Assembly: GCA_038842485.1 (NCBI GenBank)
Contig: JAWBSP010000015.1
Coordinates: 1-27,894, forward strand
Reading direction: 5' to 3'
Origin: Candidatus Hadarchaeales archaeon
Lineage (GTDB): Archaea > Hadarchaeota > Hadarchaeia > Hadarchaeales > JAWBSP01
Length of the DNA stretch: 27,894 bases
The position numbers were made by a program, and so were the translations under genes. The notes under the pieces are model-generated. The model searched no databases. It was given only the letters and a program-made list of their open reading frames with translations, and was not told the DNA's origin. Shown here piece after piece: positions 25,984-27,894 of the stretch (positions are counted from its first letter, which is position 1; each line of letters starts with the position of its first letter).

Positions 25984-26769
25984 CTAAAGTTTTTTGACCG
26001 CTGAGATGAAATCCTCGAACTTCTCCTTCAGGGCCTCCAGCCCCTTTTCAAGAATTTCCTGTGGGGGCATGGTGCCGGTGGACTCGAGGTGGAAGAGGAA
26101 CTTGGTGTCGTCCCAGCCCACCTCGATGGCCCCGCGCTTGCAGGCCCGCTGGCATGCCTTGCACATGATGCACAGCTCCACCTCCGAGACCCTCACCTTG
26201 TCCCCCTCCACCCTGAGGATCTTCTTGGGGCAGACCTCCACGCAGTCCCCGCAGCCGTTACAGGCCCTGGGATGGATGGTCACGACCGGCATGTACTTGT
26301 AGGAGCAAAGGGCGGGCTGCCACTTGGCGTGAACCTTGCCGAAACCGAGCCGGGCTATGGCCTCAAACTCCAGCTCCTGCTTCTCCTCCAGCTTCACTAT
26401 GGGTATCTTGTCGCTCACCGGCCGAACCTTCGGGTCCGAGCCCTTGAGGTCGGCCGAGGTGAGCAGGTAGGGCCCCTTCACCTTCACCTTGAAGCTCACG
26501 CTGCATTTCGGGCAGCGCTTGTCGGTGCAGGTGCACTCCTCGGGCAACTTGTATCCCGGGGGCGTGGTGAGGGGAATCATGGCGAGCCTGTGGGCTATGA
26601 TTTCGTCGTAAAGGGCGGAGTCGTTGGAGTAGAAATCCGCCTCGTCCACCGCCATGGTGGGAATCTCCCTCATGATGCTCCGCCTGAGCGAGTTGGCGAA
26701 GGCGGGATTGGAATCGGAGAGCAGGAAATCCATCTCGTTACCGTCCACCCTCCTGATCTCCACCTTCAT
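25984..26769 (-). CDS. rpoD: DNA-directed RNA polymerase subunit D (Rpo3) with ferredoxin-like domain
   Basis: [35 protein letters not shown]; two ferredoxin Cys motifs. Confidence 0.97.
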   Translation of the reverse strand: MKVEIRRVDGNEMDFLLSDSNPAFANSLRRSIMREIPTMAVDEADFYSNDSALYDEIIAHRLAMIPLTTPPGYKLPEECTCTDKRCPKCSVSFKVKVKGPYLLTSADLKGSDPKVRPVSDKIPIVKLEEKQELEFEAIARLGFGKVHAKWQPALCSYKYMPVVTIHPRACNGCGDCVEVCPKKILRVEGDKVRVSEVELCIMCKACQRACKRGAIEVGWDDTKFLFHLESTGTMPPQEILEKGLEALKEKFEDFISAVKKL

Positions 26770-27152
26770 ACCCTTCTCCCCCTCCTTCCGCCCTTGGGTC
26801 TCGTCCCGTCATGGGGTATTGGCGTCGCGTCCTCTATCCTGCCGATCTTCAGCCCCGCCCTAGCCAGCGCCCTTATGGCTGCCTGTGCGCCTGCGCCTGG
26901 GATCTTGCTCTTGGATCCCCCCGGAGCCCTGACCTTTATGTGCACCCCAACCAGCCCCTTCGCCATGGCCTCGGCCGCCGCCCTGGCCCCTGCCTGCATG
27001 GCCGCGTAAGGGGATCCCTCCTCCCTGTCCGCCTTCACGATCCTCCCCCCCGACCATATGCTCACGGTTTCCGCGCCGGAAAGGTCGGTGATGTGCACGA
27101 TGGTGTTGTTGGAGGAAGAGTAGATGTGAGCCACCCCCCACCGCTCCTTCAA
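26766..27152 (-). CDS. rps11: 30S ribosomal protein S11
   Basis: [36 protein letters not shown]; TTG 27152 with SD GGAGGTGA. Confidence 0.97.
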   Translation of the reverse strand: MKERWGVAHIYSSSNNTIVHITDLSGAETVSIWSGGRIVKADREEGSPYAAMQAGARAAAEAMAKGLVGVHIKVRAPGGSKSKIPGAGAQAAIRALARAGLKIGRIEDATPIPHDGTRPKGGRRGRRV

Positions 27153-27610
27153 TCTCTCACCTCCAACTTCTCCTCCATTCCTCTCTCTAGCAGGAGGCTT
27201 GGAGAACACACCACTTCCCCGTCCAGCAGGAGCTTCCGATGCGTGATGAGCTGCCTGGCGTGCTTGGAACTCCTAGCCAGCCCCCTTCTCCAAACCACGG
27301 TCTGAAGTCTCCGCTCAAGGACGTTCTCAAGGGTCAGCCCCAGCACATCGTCAAGCGTGGCGTTCTCCCCCACCAGCCCAAGCCTGTGAAGTCTGGAGAG
27401 CAGCTGCTTGGTTTCGCGCTCCGCCTGCACCCCTTTGGAAGCCAGCAGCCTTCTGGCCTGCGACCTCCAGCCCCTCAGGATGGCCTGCATCCTCCACAGC
27501 TCCCTCTTGTTCTTCAACCCGTACCTCCCCACCAGTTTCTCCTCCACCTGCATCCTCTCGGCATCCCAAGGTCTGAGGGGCTTCTGGTACTTCTTCCTCT
27601 GCCGCTTCAT
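27149..27610 (-). CDS. rps4: 30S ribosomal protein S4
   Basis: [24 protein letters not shown]. Confidence 0.97.
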   Translation of the reverse strand: MKRQRKKYQKPLRPWDAERMQVEEKLVGRYGLKNKRELWRMQAILRGWRSQARRLLASKGVQAERETKQLLSRLHRLGLVGENATLDDVLGLTLENVLERRLQTVVWRRGLARSSKHARQLITHRKLLLDGEVVCSPSLLLERGMEEKLEVRD

Positions 27611-27894
27611 TTCTTCTTTTCCTCCTTCTTCTTCTCCTCTTTCTTCCCGGCCTCCATCTTGACTCTGGCTTCCTTCCTCATCACCCCCACGCTCAGCCCC
27701 TTCCTCCCGGTGGTCCTAGTCCTCTGCCCCCTCACCGGCAGGCCGAGCTCGTGCCTTATCCCCCTCCTGCTCCTTATCTTCCTCTCCCTCCCTATGTCTG
27801 CCTTTTCGGCCAAGGTGAGATCGGTTCCAAGCAGGTGGAGATCAGCCCCGGTTTCGTAATCCTTTCTCCGGTTGAGCATCCAAGAGGGGATGCC
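27607..27894 (-). CDS. rps13: 30S ribosomal protein S13 (5' part outside the window)
   Basis: [32 protein letters not shown]. Confidence 0.96.
   Translation of the reverse strand, partial: GIPSWMLNRRKDYETGADLHLLGTDLTLAEKADIGRERKIRSRRGIRHELGLPVRGQRTRTTGRKGLSVGVMRKEARVKMEAGKKEEKKKEEKKK

Noticed and set aside
27610-27645. Purine-rich repeat-like tract at the end of rps13
   Set aside because: It encodes an ordinary Lys/Glu C-terminal tail.
1-27894. CRISPR arrays, transposases, integrases, inteins, rRNA, tRNA introns
   Set aside because: None were seen on reading the sequence, and no core gene has an intein-sized insertion.

Overview
Compact, GC-rich archaeal chromosomal segment. The archaeal call rests on TATA-driven leaderless genes, archaeal ribosomal, RNAP, exosome and proteasome genes, and an alpha2-type GlyRS; the lineage cannot be fixed from sequence alone. 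Most of the window is core machinery: nob1, a DUF47/PiT phosphate pair, an AEC transporter, glyS, a CBS protein, pyrG, a stand-alone B3/4 protein, PUA, taw2, two DHH proteins, the exosome/proteasome superoperon (rpl15e-DUF54-pop5-psmA-sbds-rrp4-rrp41-rrp42-rpl37ae-rpoP-pcc1-pfdB), serA, ACT-hom, tRNA-Leu(GAG) and rps13-rps4-rps11-rpoD. An accessory block spans about 20.6-26.0 kb. Most interesting: (1) an RpoP/Rpo12 subunit of double length with four CxxC motifs; (2) an unannotated 42-45 aa microprotein with two CCxxCPYY..C repeats that shares a TATA with serA; (3) a Yip1-like membrane protein / exported metallophosphoesterase / GH4 operon near an IolI homolog, where the GH4 has swapped active-site residues; (4) a MenT-like nucleotidyltransferase plus an unannotated 55-aa partner inserted between rpoD and tRNA-Leu. 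All family assignments come from motif recognition by eye; no searches were run.
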